From: an uncultured Chloroflexia bacterium
GTDB taxonomy: Bacteria > Chloroflexota > Dehalococcoidia > Dehalococcoidales > RBG-16-60-22
Assembly: GCA_963727315.1 (NCBI GenBank)
Contig: CAVSFE010000002.1
Span: forward strand, 471,723-535,722
Length of the DNA: 64,000 bases
Direction: 5' to 3'
The translations under genes and the position numbers were made by a program. Positions 20,225 through 32,627 of the stretch are shown in pieces. Position 1 is the stretch's first letter; the number at the start of each line of letters is the position of its first letter. The notes below the pieces were generated by a model. The model ran no database searches. It had not been told where the DNA came from and saw only the letters and a program-made list of their open reading frames with translations.

Positions 20225-20470
20225 CTAGGCCGGCTTCTTCGGTCTTCTTAAGAGCACGGTTATTATCAGCGTGTTCCGCGAGATGGCGATATTGTGGGAG
20301 TTGACCTCCCAGCCTGCTTCGATTGAATCCGGCAGGTGGGAGAAAATATCTTCCAGCGTTTTGGTGAGCCCGTCCTGGTCTTCGATACGGGTAAAATGGG
20401 GGAAACGCCCCGCCTCTTCGGGATTGATGTATTCCACCAGCACTTTATATTCGTAAGGATGATTTTTCAT
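20225..20470 (-). CDS. hypothetical protein
   Basis: 81-aa ORF with a coding-like composition. No family recognised. Confidence 0.4.
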   Translation of the reverse strand: MKNHPYEYKVLVEYINPEEAGRFPHFTRIEDQDGLTKTLEDIFSHLPDSIEAGWEVNSHNIAISRNTLIITVLLRRPKKPA

Positions 20471-20490
20471 GTTAACCCTCCCCGAGCCTG

Positions 20491-21744
<1,254 letters not shown>

Positions 21745-21807
21745 ATCTCTGACCTCGCTGTTGATTAATAACAGTTTAGCACATATTCCCGGTAGTGCAA
21801 GATAGGG

Positions 21808-21843
21808 AGGAAAAGAAAGAGTCCCGATGAAATCGGGACTCTT
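21808..21843 (-). terminator. rho-independent terminator downstream of the URO-D-like gene
   Basis: On the minus strand: AGAGTCCCGAT-TTC-ATCGGGACTCT followed by TTCTTTTCC. Confidence 0.6.
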
Positions 21844-21876
21844 AAACACCCCTAGCAACAAACTAATAGCTAACCG

Positions 21877-23193
21877 CTACTTATATACTCCGTATTCCCT
21901 GGCCGCCTCCATGAAGGCGCGGAAGTTGGCCGGGTTTTTCGTCTCCGTCGCCGTGCAGCCGCCCGCCAGGATATAGCCTCCCCCCGGGGCGCAGGTCTCG
22001 ATGAGCTTGCGGCACTCTTCCTTGACCTGCTTCGGCGTGCCGGTGATGACAATCGAGCCCGGCACATTCCCGGCGATGCAGCACGTATTTCCTACCATCT
22101 TTTTGGCTTTGGCCATGTCGGTCTTGTCGAACATCCAGGTCACCCAGCCCTTGGGGAAATCGCCGATGTATTCCAGCCTCTCGTTATAGGCGCCCTCGGC
22201 GAAGAGCGACACCATGATGCCTTCTTCGATGAGCGCGTCGATGGTCTTTTTCAGGCTGGGCCAGTAGAATTTTTCGAACTGCTTGCGGGACATGAACGTG
22301 TCGTCGCCTTTGTGCAGGGGGAAGCCTATCGTATGTCCCGCCGTCGAAATAAATCTTTTGAGGTTTATCTCGGTAATCACGTCGATGGCTTCGAGGAGCT
22401 TTTCCGGTTGCCGGAACATGTCGATGGCCACCCCGGACGTTCCCCGGAGAAAATCGCCGAGGACGTCGAAGGGCGCGATGCCCATGCCGCCCCGCCCCTC
22501 GGGAAAGCCCATCTCCCGGGCTTCCCGGTTGAAATCGGCGAGTATTTTCCGCTGTCTTTCCATTTCCTCTCCGGCGGCGATCATCCTCTTGAAGGCCTCC
22601 CGCATCTTGCGCCTGGAGAAGGGAGCGGTCATGGACATCGGCGTGCCCATGAGGGTGTTGAGCGGGGGGAAGTCGGCCAGGGCTTCCGCCGCTCCGACGA
22701 TGCGCGGCGTGATGACCCTGAACCCGAAGTCGGAGGGGTCTTTGATGAAGGCGTCGTATTCGTCGGCTTTCATGTACTGCGCTTCGATGAACTGGAAGGT
22801 ATTGACGTTGTCTCCCAGCCCGTGCCCCGGCCAGCTATAGTTTTTATAGTCCATGATGTCCATGACCCTGCCGGAGAAAACGAACCCCGGTCCCATGAAG
22901 CTGTCCATGTCGTCGGCGAAGTCGACCATGAACTGGCGCCAGGCCGCCACGCAGGCTCGATAGTCGTACATCATCGTCTTGAAGTCGGAGCCGACGTAGT
23001 AGGCCGGGTAGTTGCCGGTCGGCAGCGATACGGGCACGCGGTCGGGCTCCTGGCACATGTTGGCTTTAAGCTGGCGGGTAACGCGCTCGTGGTAGAGCTT
23101 TTCCGCTTTGGCGTCGCGGAACTTTATGCCCTTGCCGGAAACGTAGTCCTTGAGCCTTTTCTGGCGTTTTTCTTCGCGGGTCGTTTTCGGCAT
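21877..23193 (-). CDS. uroporphyrinogen decarboxylase (URO-D)-like family protein
   Basis: 438 aa. Overall resemblance to the URO-D/MtaA-like TIM-barrel family. Call is by eye only. Confidence 0.55.
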   Translation of the reverse strand: MPKTTREEKRQKRLKDYVSGKGIKFRDAKAEKLYHERVTRQLKANMCQEPDRVPVSLPTGNYPAYYVGSDFKTMMYDYRACVAAWRQFMVDFADDMDSFMGPGFVFSGRVMDIMDYKNYSWPGHGLGDNVNTFQFIEAQYMKADEYDAFIKDPSDFGFRVITPRIVGAAEALADFPPLNTLMGTPMSMTAPFSRRKMREAFKRMIAAGEEMERQRKILADFNREAREMGFPEGRGGMGIAPFDVLGDFLRGTSGVAIDMFRQPEKLLEAIDVITEINLKRFISTAGHTIGFPLHKGDDTFMSRKQFEKFYWPSLKKTIDALIEEGIMVSLFAEGAYNERLEYIGDFPKGWVTWMFDKTDMAKAKKMVGNTCCIAGNVPGSIVITGTPKQVKEECRKLIETCAPGGGYILAGGCTATETKNPANFRAFMEAAREYGVYK

Positions 23194-23277
23194 ATCGGTG
23201 GTCTCCTTCGATTTTTGATGATTTTTACCAGTATAACATGGCCGGCTTAAGAGATACTAACTGATTTTTTTGTGCTC

Positions 23278-23739
23278 TCAGCGCAATTTCTCTCCGAAAA
23301 CTCGGCCATAGTCCTGACATGCTTTTATGCCTTCCCGGGTTTCAATCTTATCTTCTTGCAGGTTGAGAGGACCAAGCTCGAATGGAACCATCTTATGTTC
23401 CTTTTGCAGGACATTGAAGATAATGGCCGGTCCGTAAGCATCGTGTTGGTATGAGATATCATGCCGGTATGAGCCAAAGGCGCCGCTTATTTTGCCTTCG
23501 AGCTTTGCCTTCTCGGTTAGTGATAGAAAAGCTTTCACCGGTTTTGGCAAGTCGAGCGAGAACGTGGGAGAACCGAAAATATAGCCGTCATACCCGCTTA
23601 AGTCAATCGCGCTCTTTACGTCCTCTATCTTTTTGACGACAGCCTCTCGTCCGCTGAATCGTATGCCCTCAGCGATGTACTGTGCCATGGCTTCCGTCCT
23701 GCCAGTCGAGCTAAAATAGGCAATCAAAACCTTTTTCAT
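23278..23739 (-). CDS. flavodoxin family protein
   Basis: 153 aa with the KKVLIAYFSSTGRTE flavodoxin FMN-binding signature. Confidence 0.8.
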   Translation of the reverse strand: MKKVLIAYFSSTGRTEAMAQYIAEGIRFSGREAVVKKIEDVKSAIDLSGYDGYIFGSPTFSLDLPKPVKAFLSLTEKAKLEGKISGAFGSYRHDISYQHDAYGPAIIFNVLQKEHKMVPFELGPLNLQEDKIETREGIKACQDYGRVFGEKLR

Positions 23740-23754
23740 CGTACATACCTCTAG

Positions 23755-25244
<1,490 letters not shown>

Positions 25245-25342
25245 TTATTGGCACCTGTCCAGATTAAGCGTGTTATGACTAATTATATGTTATCCGTGCT
25301 TTATGGTAAAGGGGGAAATGACAGGTTGAGGTTTAAACAAAC

Positions 25343-26122
25343 CTAAGGATTTAGCTGGAGCCTCTGTTCTCTCAGCTTATCCAGCCAGGCGGCGGACTTT
25401 ACTTCCCTCTCCAGGATGTATTTAAGGTAGCCGCCGATGACGTTCTCTATTTCATGGGCCAGCCCGGCGTCGATGTTTACACACGCTGCGACTGCATAGT
25501 CGTCGCCCTGCAATAGTCTCATGACCTTCTGGGCGTTGAGGGATAGAGGATAGGAGAATGGCTGGCTGGAGTTGCAGGCGGGGCAGAGCAGGCCGCCGGC
25601 GGCCGGGCTGAAATAGTTGGTGGTCGCCTCCAGGACTTTATGGCAGGTAACGCACTCTTTTAGCTGGGGTCGGTAGCCGGCGCATTCGAGGAGGTGCAGC
25701 TCGAAGTAGCGCAGGACCAGCTCTTTATTTTCATCGCGGCAGAGCCGGTCGAGGGTCTCCAGTGTCAGTTGAAAAAGCGTTGGATTTCCCTGGCGTTCGG
25801 CGGCGAACTGGTGGACAAGCTCGGCGCAGTAGAGTCCGCACGAGGTGAGCCAGAGGTCGTCCCTCAGGGGGAGGAAAGCGTTGATGGTCTGGGCGCCAGT
25901 GATGGTGTCGATATTGCCGCGCCCCCGCGAGAAAGAGACCGTGCTGTGGCAGAGGATTTCAAGGTGGCCGGCCATCTTGCTTTTAGGCTTGCGCAGGCTC
26001 TTGGCGAAGCCCTGTATCTTGCCGAGGCGGGGAGTGAAAAAGGTGAGGATGGTGTCCGCCTCGCCCAGCTTCGTCTTTTTAATGACGATGGCTTCCGTCT
26101 GGTATTCGCGCGGGTCGGACAT
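25343..26122 (-). CDS. recO: DNA repair protein RecO
   Basis: 259 aa. OB-fold N-terminus and a CxxC...CxxC zinc motif (CVTCH...CPAC). Confidence 0.85.
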   Translation of the reverse strand: MSDPREYQTEAIVIKKTKLGEADTILTFFTPRLGKIQGFAKSLRKPKSKMAGHLEILCHSTVSFSRGRGNIDTITGAQTINAFLPLRDDLWLTSCGLYCAELVHQFAAERQGNPTLFQLTLETLDRLCRDENKELVLRYFELHLLECAGYRPQLKECVTCHKVLEATTNYFSPAAGGLLCPACNSSQPFSYPLSLNAQKVMRLLQGDDYAVAACVNIDAGLAHEIENVIGGYLKYILEREVKSAAWLDKLREQRLQLNP

Positions 26123-26124
26123 AT

Positions 26125-26700
26125 CTATTTTCCGTTCGCAGCCCTGGCGGTAATCAAATAATGATATTTTCCGCTGTCTTCTATCGAGACGATGGTGAAG
26201 CCGGCTGCCTGAATCAGGCGCGCTGCCGTTGCTTCGTCGAACCTGATATGTGCCGGCGGGCCGATGGATGCCTCTTTCTTCCAGTCCAGGTCGACCAGCC
26301 TGCCGGTCGTTTTGATGATTATTTTAGCATTTTCCAGGACTTTGGCAGGGTCCTGAAAATCGTGGAGCGCTATCCCGTAGAAGACGATATCGGCGCAATG
26401 CTTGCAGATGACGGTATCTTCCGCCCTGGCAACTTTAAGGACAAGGTTATTCAGGCCTTCTCGGGCCGCCTGCTCTCTCAGGCTGGCGATGGCGGCAGCG
26501 CTGGTGTCCACCCCGTAGACTTTCCCCTCTTTCCCCGCCATTCTGGCGGCCGGCAGGGTGAAAAACCCGCCACCGCAGCCGATATCGGCGAAAACGGTCC
26601 CCGGCTTTACCCCTATTTTCGAGAGTATCGCTTCCGGGTCCTGCCACCTTCTTCTTTCGGGGTCGTCAAACGGCCGGAAACCGCCGTGGTAATGGCTCAT
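26125..26700 (-). CDS. class I SAM-dependent methyltransferase
   Basis: 191 aa with motif I VFADIGCGGGFFT. Confidence 0.8.
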   Translation of the reverse strand: MSHYHGGFRPFDDPERRRWQDPEAILSKIGVKPGTVFADIGCGGGFFTLPAARMAGKEGKVYGVDTSAAAIASLREQAAREGLNNLVLKVARAEDTVICKHCADIVFYGIALHDFQDPAKVLENAKIIIKTTGRLVDLDWKKEASIGPPAHIRFDEATAARLIQAAGFTIVSIEDSGKYHYLITARAANGK

Positions 26701-26708
26701 CTTTAGCT

Positions 26709-26866
26709 ACCTCACCCCCTATATCCCTTTCAGGGTGAATCCCTTCAGGGTGAACCCCTCTCCGTTGACGGAGAGGGGGAGGATTTATGGAAGAGGGGCT
26801 GACGCCCTTCAGGGTGAACCTTCACTTCGTGGTGACCTCAGTGGAACCAGGATGAACCCCTCTTAG
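26709..26866. repeat. composite REP/MITE-like element cluster
   Basis: ACCTCACCCCCT leader, CCCTTCAGGGTGAA modules, CCCCTCTCCGTTGACGGAGAGGGG hairpin, and a 74-bp unit (26791-26864) with AAGAGGGG/CCCCTCTT termini. Confidence 0.85.
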
Positions 26867-26878
26867 ACGCCCTGCTTT

Positions 26879-27544
26879 TTACAGCTCCATTTGTTTCAAG
26901 CCTTTAAAGATTTTTAGTTTCGCCTCCGTCAGCGACTGCACCTCGGCGGCGGTCCAGCCGGGGGCGGTCTCCTTTAAAAGCAGGCCTTCAGGCGTGACGG
27001 CGATGACGGCGATATCCGTGACAATCAGGTTCACACAGCGGGGGGCGGTCAAAGGATAGGTGCACTCTTTGAGCAACTTGGGTTTATTGTCCTTAGTGGT
27101 ATGGGTCATCACGGCGATCAGGTGGTGGGCGCCGAAAGCCAGGTCCATCGCCCCGCCGATATTGCCGGGTCGACCGAGCTGCACCGTCCAGTTGGCGATA
27201 TCGCCCTTCTCCGAGACCTGCATTGCCCCTAATACACACAGCCCGATGTGGCGGCCCCGAATCATGCTAAAGCTCTGGTCGTGGTCGAAGAAGCACATAC
27301 CCGGCTGGCGCGTGGCGAACTGGCCGGTGGCGTTGACCAGATGAAAATCCTCATCTTCAGCCCGGGTGGGCGAGGGGCCAAAGCCGAGGCAGCCGTTCTC
27401 GGCGTGGAAAATAACCTCAATACCCTCGGGGATAAAGTTGGCGGCCAGCGTGGGAATACCGAAACCCAGGTTGATGACCATGCCGTCGCGGAACTCTTTA
27501 GCCACCCTGAGGGCCATCGTCGACTCATCAAGTCGTTGTTTCAT
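26879..27544 (-). CDS. 3-oxoacid CoA-transferase subunit B
   Basis: 221 aa with the FHAENG catalytic-Glu motif of family I CoA-transferase beta subunits. Confidence 0.85.
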   Translation of the reverse strand: MKQRLDESTMALRVAKEFRDGMVINLGFGIPTLAANFIPEGIEVIFHAENGCLGFGPSPTRAEDEDFHLVNATGQFATRQPGMCFFDHDQSFSMIRGRHIGLCVLGAMQVSEKGDIANWTVQLGRPGNIGGAMDLAFGAHHLIAVMTHTTKDNKPKLLKECTYPLTAPRCVNLIVTDIAVIAVTPEGLLLKETAPGWTAAEVQSLTEAKLKIFKGLKQMEL

Positions 27545-27545
27545 T

Positions 27546-28271
27546 TTATGCCCCCTTTCTCACCGCAACACGGTCGACAAATATGCCCGGCGTAACGATA
27601 ACCTCGGGGTCGAGGGCGCCGAGCTCGACCAGTTCATCCACCTCGACGATAGTCACCTTAGCCGCGCCCGCCATGACGGAGTTAAAGTTGCGGGAAGTGC
27701 CCTGGTAAACGCAGTTGCCGTAGCGGTCGGCGCGGTAAGCCCGCACCAGGGCGAAATCGGCCTTAATGGGGTGTTCGAGGATATGCTCACGTCCATCGAT
27801 GACCCTTTTTTCCTTGCCCTGCTCCATGACCGTACCGGCGCCGGTGGGGATAAAGAAAGCGCCGACGCCCGCCCTGGCCGCCCTGATTCTCTCGGCGAGC
27901 GTGCCCTGCGGCACCATCTCCACCTCCAGCGTCCCGGCCTCCCACCTTTGAAAAAGCGGGGCGGGCATGCCGGGTCGGGTCAAACCGGGGAAAGCGCAGA
28001 TGACCTTTTTCACCTGGCCGGACTGTATCAAGATACCGCCGTCGTCGTAATCGGGCGGGGTCTTGCGGAAGGGCTTAGAGCCCTCCGGAGCACGGCCCAT
28101 GCCGGGCGTGTTGGCGGCCAGCGTCAGATTTTTAGCGCCCTGCTTCACTAAAGCCCGCAGGAGGTTGGAGGGGGTGCCGTTGGCGGGGCCGAAGCCGCCC
28201 ATTAAGATGACAGCGCCATCGAAGATATCCTTGACAGCCTCGTCAAAGCTGGCGACCACTTTATTGATCAT
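27546..28271 (-). CDS. 3-oxoacid CoA-transferase subunit A
   Basis: 241 aa. N-terminal KVV.SFDEAV..I.DGA.I..GGFG pattern. Adjacent to subunit B. Confidence 0.85.
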   Translation of the reverse strand: MINKVVASFDEAVKDIFDGAVILMGGFGPANGTPSNLLRALVKQGAKNLTLAANTPGMGRAPEGSKPFRKTPPDYDDGGILIQSGQVKKVICAFPGLTRPGMPAPLFQRWEAGTLEVEMVPQGTLAERIRAARAGVGAFFIPTGAGTVMEQGKEKRVIDGREHILEHPIKADFALVRAYRADRYGNCVYQGTSRNFNSVMAGAAKVTIVEVDELVELGALDPEVIVTPGIFVDRVAVRKGA

Positions 28272-28290
28272 AGAGGCCTCCTATTGTTAT

Positions 28291-28364
28291 GTCATTCTCA
28301 GGCTTGACCCGAGAATCCAGCCTCCCCTTTTTCCCTTCTGGATTCCCGCTTTCGCGGGAATGAC
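28291..28364. repeat. second copy of the GTCATTC...GGGAATGAC double-hairpin element
   Basis: Shares TGGATTCCCGCTTTCGCGGGAATGAC with 7693-7718. Confidence 0.8.
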
Positions 28365-28371
28365 AGAATTA

Positions 28372-29550
28372 TTAGTCTCTCTGTCCCAGTATCGTCACGG
28401 AGCCGATGCCGCTGCCGGGGTTCATGCCGAAGTTGTGAGTGAGGCCAAGTCTGGGGTTCTTACGCTGGCGGGGACCGGCCTTGCCCTGCATCTGCTTATA
28501 GATTTCATAAATCATCCTCAGGCCGCTGGCGCCGATGGGATGCCCGAAGCTCTTGAGTCCGCCATCGGGATTGACCGCCAGCTGGCCGTCGAGTTTGAAC
28601 GTGCCAGCCCTAACATACTCCGGGGCTTTACCGCGCGGGCAGAAGCCCAGGTCTTCCATGATGACCAGCTCGGTGATGCTGAAGCAGTCGTGCACCTCGG
28701 CCAGGTCTATTTCTTTAAACGGGTCTTTAATCCCCGCCATGGCGTAAGCCTGCTTCGCGGCGCGTACCGTTTCCTCCATGTGCACCATGTCGTACGACGG
28801 CTGCAAATAGCCCTGCCGCGCGCCGACGGCAAGTCCAAGTCCCTTAACGAGAATATAATCGTCGCGGAAATTTTTCGCCATATCCGCCCGGCAGACAATA
28901 GCCGCCGCCGAGCCGTCGCTGACGCCGCAGGCGTCATAGAGTCCCAGCGGCCAGGAGACCATCGGGGCATTAATCGCCATTTCCTCGGTGATTTCCCTCT
29001 GGAAATGCGCGCGGGGGTTCAACGAGCCGTTATGGTGGTTCTTGACGGATATTTTCGCCAGGGTCTGCTTCAGCTCTTCGTAGGTCAGACCATAATGCGC
29101 CATGTAGCGCGTCGCCATGCGGGCGAAGAACATCGCGGCCGACATGCCCCACTCCATCGTGCCGTCGCCGCCGGCGCCGCTGACCGTGCCCAGGCCGCCC
29201 ATACCCTGGTCCTTGAGCTTCTCCACCCCGATAGCCATCACGACATCATAGACACCGGAGGCGATGCCGAAGCAGGCGTTGCGCAGGGCCTCGGTGGCGG
29301 TAGCGCAGAGGTTTTCCACGCGGGTCACGGGGATATACTCGGTCTTGAGGGCCGCGGCGCAGGGCTCGGCGGTATTGATGCGCGTCGAGCCAAACCACAC
29401 CGCCTGAATATCCTTCATCTCAATACCGGAGTCCTCACAGGCCTCGGAGGCGGAATCCACGAGCATATCGTCGGCGCTCTTTTCCCAGTTTTCACCGAAC
29501 TTGGTGCAACCCATGCCGACGATAGCGACCTTATTTTTAATGCTCTCCAT
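28372..29550 (-). CDS. thiolase-domain protein (archaeal/SCP-x-type acetyl-CoA acetyltransferase-like)
   Basis: 392 aa. VAIVGMGCTKFG start, Cys in ENLCATATEAL, and a C-terminal GHPIGASG / NPGSG region. Confidence 0.8.
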   Translation of the reverse strand: MESIKNKVAIVGMGCTKFGENWEKSADDMLVDSASEACEDSGIEMKDIQAVWFGSTRINTAEPCAAALKTEYIPVTRVENLCATATEALRNACFGIASGVYDVVMAIGVEKLKDQGMGGLGTVSGAGGDGTMEWGMSAAMFFARMATRYMAHYGLTYEELKQTLAKISVKNHHNGSLNPRAHFQREITEEMAINAPMVSWPLGLYDACGVSDGSAAAIVCRADMAKNFRDDYILVKGLGLAVGARQGYLQPSYDMVHMEETVRAAKQAYAMAGIKDPFKEIDLAEVHDCFSITELVIMEDLGFCPRGKAPEYVRAGTFKLDGQLAVNPDGGLKSFGHPIGASGLRMIYEIYKQMQGKAGPRQRKNPRLGLTHNFGMNPGSGIGSVTILGQRD

Positions 29551-30939
29551 CTATTTCTCCTCCTTTCCCAGCCAGTTTGAACGGGGAGGCATACAGCGCC
29601 AGAAATAGTTGTGAATGCCACCGCCCACGCCCAGCGTACGGAAGCTCATCACGACATCCATGCCCACTTTCACCTTATCGGCAATCATATCCGTCATGCC
29701 GAAAAGCGCCCGCCCGCCCCCGTCGAAGTCCACCATCGTGTCCACGCCGGGTCGGGCGAAAGCCGGGATATCGGCGCCGTGCTTTAAAGTAAAGGTAAAG
29801 ACCCTGCCCTTTTTATCGGCGAAGGAGTAAGGCTCGAAGTTATCTTTAGTATGGCAATTGGTGCAGATGCGCTGCGGGGGATACTGGACGGTGCCGCAGG
29901 TAAGGCACTTAACGCCGCGCAGGGCATAGATGGCGTCCCGCTCCCGGGCGATGACGGAAGCCGAAGCCCCGGCGAACCGCTCGGGGTCGGACGCAGCGAA
30001 CTCCCTAAACGCGGCGTATTCGCCCTGACCCCGCATCGGCATTTTAGAAGTCAGACTCCGCTTCATGCCCCATTTACCGGCGATATTCTTTATCTTATCC
30101 GTTACCTTTAAAAGCAGGACATCGGCGCCATCGCCGTAGCTGGCCACCAGGATTTTATCGCTGGGTTTAGCGTCTTCCAGGGCCGCCACGAGCATCATCG
30201 GCACAAACGCCGTGCCGGTATTGCCGAGCTTATCAAAGAACGGCTCCTGCACCTGCTCCGGCTTAAACCCCAGAGCGCCGACCAGCTGACGATGGCGACG
30301 CAAGTCGGGACCGTACAAAACGGTTTTAGTTATGTTCGGCACGGCAAGACCGGACTTTTCGAAAAAGTGCTTAATCGCCTGCGGCAATATTTTCAGATAG
30401 CCTTCTTCAAAGACAAAGCGGTCTTCCCAGGAGCGGACGTTTTTGGCGCCGCTGGCGCGCCAGACATCAAGCAACTCGTTAGAAAGCGAGTAGCCGCCCT
30501 CTATCGTAGCGATGACGTCTTTATCGCCGATGACAAACGCCGCCGCGCCGTCGGCGAAGTCGCCGCCCATGCGCAAATCTGAAGCGGTGACCAGGACGTT
30601 TTTCGCCGACCCCGCCCCGACGGCGTCCGCCGCCATCTTCAAAGCCCCCGTCCCTGCCCGCAAAGAGTCGGCGACGTCCGCCGTCAAAATATCGCGGGGG
30701 AGGTCGAGAGCCCAGGCGGCGGTGGTCGCTGCCAGCTTTTCGGCATAGGGCGGGGTGGTGGACGCAAAATAAAGCCCATCGATTGTTTTCCTGTCAAGGC
30801 TCCCCAGGCAATCTATAGCCGCCGCCACAGCCATCGTCAGGCTGTCCTCGTCCCAGTTCGCCACCGCTTTTTCCGTCTGGGGGCCGGTGCTCAGGCGGCG
30901 AAGGGGAACATAAGCGCCGCAGGATGTAATGCCAATCAT
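29551..30939 (-). CDS. HMG-CoA-synthase-like condensing-enzyme domain fused to a DUF35 Zn-ribbon/OB-fold domain
   Basis: ATG 30939 with an AAGGAG RBS (the TTG at 30969 is less likely). N-terminal MIGITSCGAYVP... resembles HMGCS/KASIII. The C-terminus CLTCGTVQYPPQRICTNCH...VFTFT resembles DUF35. Confidence 0.65.
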   Translation of the reverse strand: MIGITSCGAYVPLRRLSTGPQTEKAVANWDEDSLTMAVAAAIDCLGSLDRKTIDGLYFASTTPPYAEKLAATTAAWALDLPRDILTADVADSLRAGTGALKMAADAVGAGSAKNVLVTASDLRMGGDFADGAAAFVIGDKDVIATIEGGYSLSNELLDVWRASGAKNVRSWEDRFVFEEGYLKILPQAIKHFFEKSGLAVPNITKTVLYGPDLRRHRQLVGALGFKPEQVQEPFFDKLGNTGTAFVPMMLVAALEDAKPSDKILVASYGDGADVLLLKVTDKIKNIAGKWGMKRSLTSKMPMRGQGEYAAFREFAASDPERFAGASASVIARERDAIYALRGVKCLTCGTVQYPPQRICTNCHTKDNFEPYSFADKKGRVFTFTLKHGADIPAFARPGVDTMVDFDGGGRALFGMTDMIADKVKVGMDVVMSFRTLGVGGGIHNYFWRCMPPRSNWLGKEEK

Positions 30940-31065
30940 GGGCTCCTTTCTGATGGAGTAATCAACCAAGGGATTTTTTGTTCCGACCTAGTTTAAGTCT
31001 CGGTGCTTTGCGTTGTCAAAAAGTGCTATAATCTTTTAGCTATTTTCGGATATAAGGAGGCCACG

Positions 31066-32039
31066 ATGAATATCATGGTCATGGGAGGGAGCGGGCTTTT
31101 CGGCAGGAAGACGGTGGCGGCCCTGCTCAAGGATAAAGAGGTCAAGACCGTGGTCTCCCTGGATATGGTCCCACCGCCGGCGTGGTTCATGAAGACCACG
31201 GAAAAATATGCCGCCAAATTTCATTACGTCCGCGGGAACGTGACGGAAATCGAGGATATTTTAAATCCGATGAAAGAATACGCCGTCGACCGGCTGATCA
31301 ACTGGGCGTTTATCATGGTCACGGAGCTCCAGGGCGAGCCGCGACTCGTTACCAAGGTCAACGTCATCGGCATGAGCAACGCCTTCGAGGCGGCCAAAAT
31401 GATGAACGTGAAACGCGTCGTGTACGCGAGCTCGGAGACGGTCTACGGCCCCCAGGCGATGTACGGCATGAGGGAAGTAAACGAGGACGACCAGACCAAT
31501 CCCACCCATTCCTACGCCGTCTGCAAGCTTTACGCCGAGATCATGGCCGGGCAGTACCAGAGGCTCTACGGCATGAGCTTCTCCGGGCTGCGGCCGACGA
31601 TCGGCTACGGACACGGCGGGAGGTCGCCAGCGCAATACTGGTCAGACATACCGTCGGCGGCGGCGATAGGCAAGCCATTCTCCATGGAAGGCGACGGCAA
31701 CGGCCTCGCCTCGCTGGTGGCCGCGGACGACGTGGCGGAATTCACCAGGCTCCTGATTAAAGCCCCCGCTTCGCCCCACCCCGTCTATAACGTTGGCGGC
31801 CCCCTAAAAGCCCGCGGGACCTGGCGGCGGTGGTTAAAAAATATATTCCGGACGCCAAGATTACCTTCGGGAAAAAGCCGATGATGGACAAAAAAGGCAA
31901 GACCGGCCTGCCCTGGCTGGTCAGCAGCGAAAGAGCGAAAAAAGACTTCGGCTTTACGTGCCTGCCGATAGAAAAAGCGGTATTAATACATATCAACGAC
32001 GCGCGGCTGGAGGCGGGACTAAAGCCGATAAAGGGATAA
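31066..32039 (+). pseudogene. NAD-dependent epimerase/dehydratase family protein, frameshifted as assembled (paralog of 39737-40711)
   Basis: MVMGGSGLFGRK Rossmann start with an AAGGAGG RBS. Frames join if the C5 run at 31800-31804 is C6. The C-terminus HINDARLEAGLKPI is shared with the paralog. Confidence 0.8.
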
Positions 32040-32114
32040 TACAAAATAACTATTACTCGTTTGACGGGCCGTGCTATAATAATACACCTGCAAAAGCTAT
32101 AAAGAAGGAGAAAA

Positions 32115-32525
32115 ATGAAAGTCACGGACGTGGTGAAAAAATTCCTCGAAGCTGAAGACAAGATGTGGAACACCGGCGACGGCGGCGCCCTGCTGGCCAT
32201 CGAAGACCCCAATATCGTCGTCCACATGTTCAACGTGCCGGACATGAAGGGGAACCAGGCGCACGTGGCCATGGTCAAGAGAATACGGGACGGGATTCCC
32301 GGCGGCGTCACCCATGTATGGGCGGACATTACCGGCTCGGGGGACATCGGGGCTTTCCGGTATACCGAGAGCTTCAAACGCGGCGATAAAGATATGTCAT
32401 ACCAGGGCTGCATGTTCCTCCATGTCAAGAACGGCAAGGTCGTGGAGATATTCGCGCAATACGACACGCTGACCCTGATGCTAGCCTCCGGCGTGGTGCA
32501 GTACGTTCCGAAACCGTCGGTTTAA
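32115..32525 (+). CDS. hypothetical protein, possibly SnoaL/NTF2-like
   Basis: 136 aa. Size and alternating pattern suggest an NTF2-like fold. Weak by-eye call. Confidence 0.4.
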   Translation: MKVTDVVKKFLEAEDKMWNTGDGGALLAIEDPNIVVHMFNVPDMKGNQAHVAMVKRIRDGIPGGVTHVWADITGSGDIGAFRYTESFKRGDKDMSYQGCMFLHVKNGKVVEIFAQYDTLTLMLASGVVQYVPKPSV

Positions 32526-32554
32526 GGCTTTTCAACAATTCAAGGCATTAAAAC

Positions 32555-32592
32555 AAGAGGAGGCAGGGCAAAAACCCCGCCTCCTCTTCTTT
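32555..32592. terminator. hairpin between convergent genes (likely bidirectional terminator)
   Basis: AAGAGGAGGCAGGG-CAAAAA-CCCCGCCTCCTCTT followed by CTTTG. Confidence 0.55.
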
Positions 32593-32627
32593 GCTATTCA
32601 GGGTGTTACTATTTAACGTTTAATTCG

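Noticed and set aside
28063-29580. 505-aa + strand ORF antisense to the thiolase gene. Similar long antisense ORFs occur at 4595-5371, 17191-18306, 34559-35413, 50039-50986 and 59761-61017.
   Set aside because: These are typical high-GC shadow ORFs. Their compositions are Arg/Gly/Ala/His-rich, they show no recognisable motifs, and each lies opposite a confidently identified gene.
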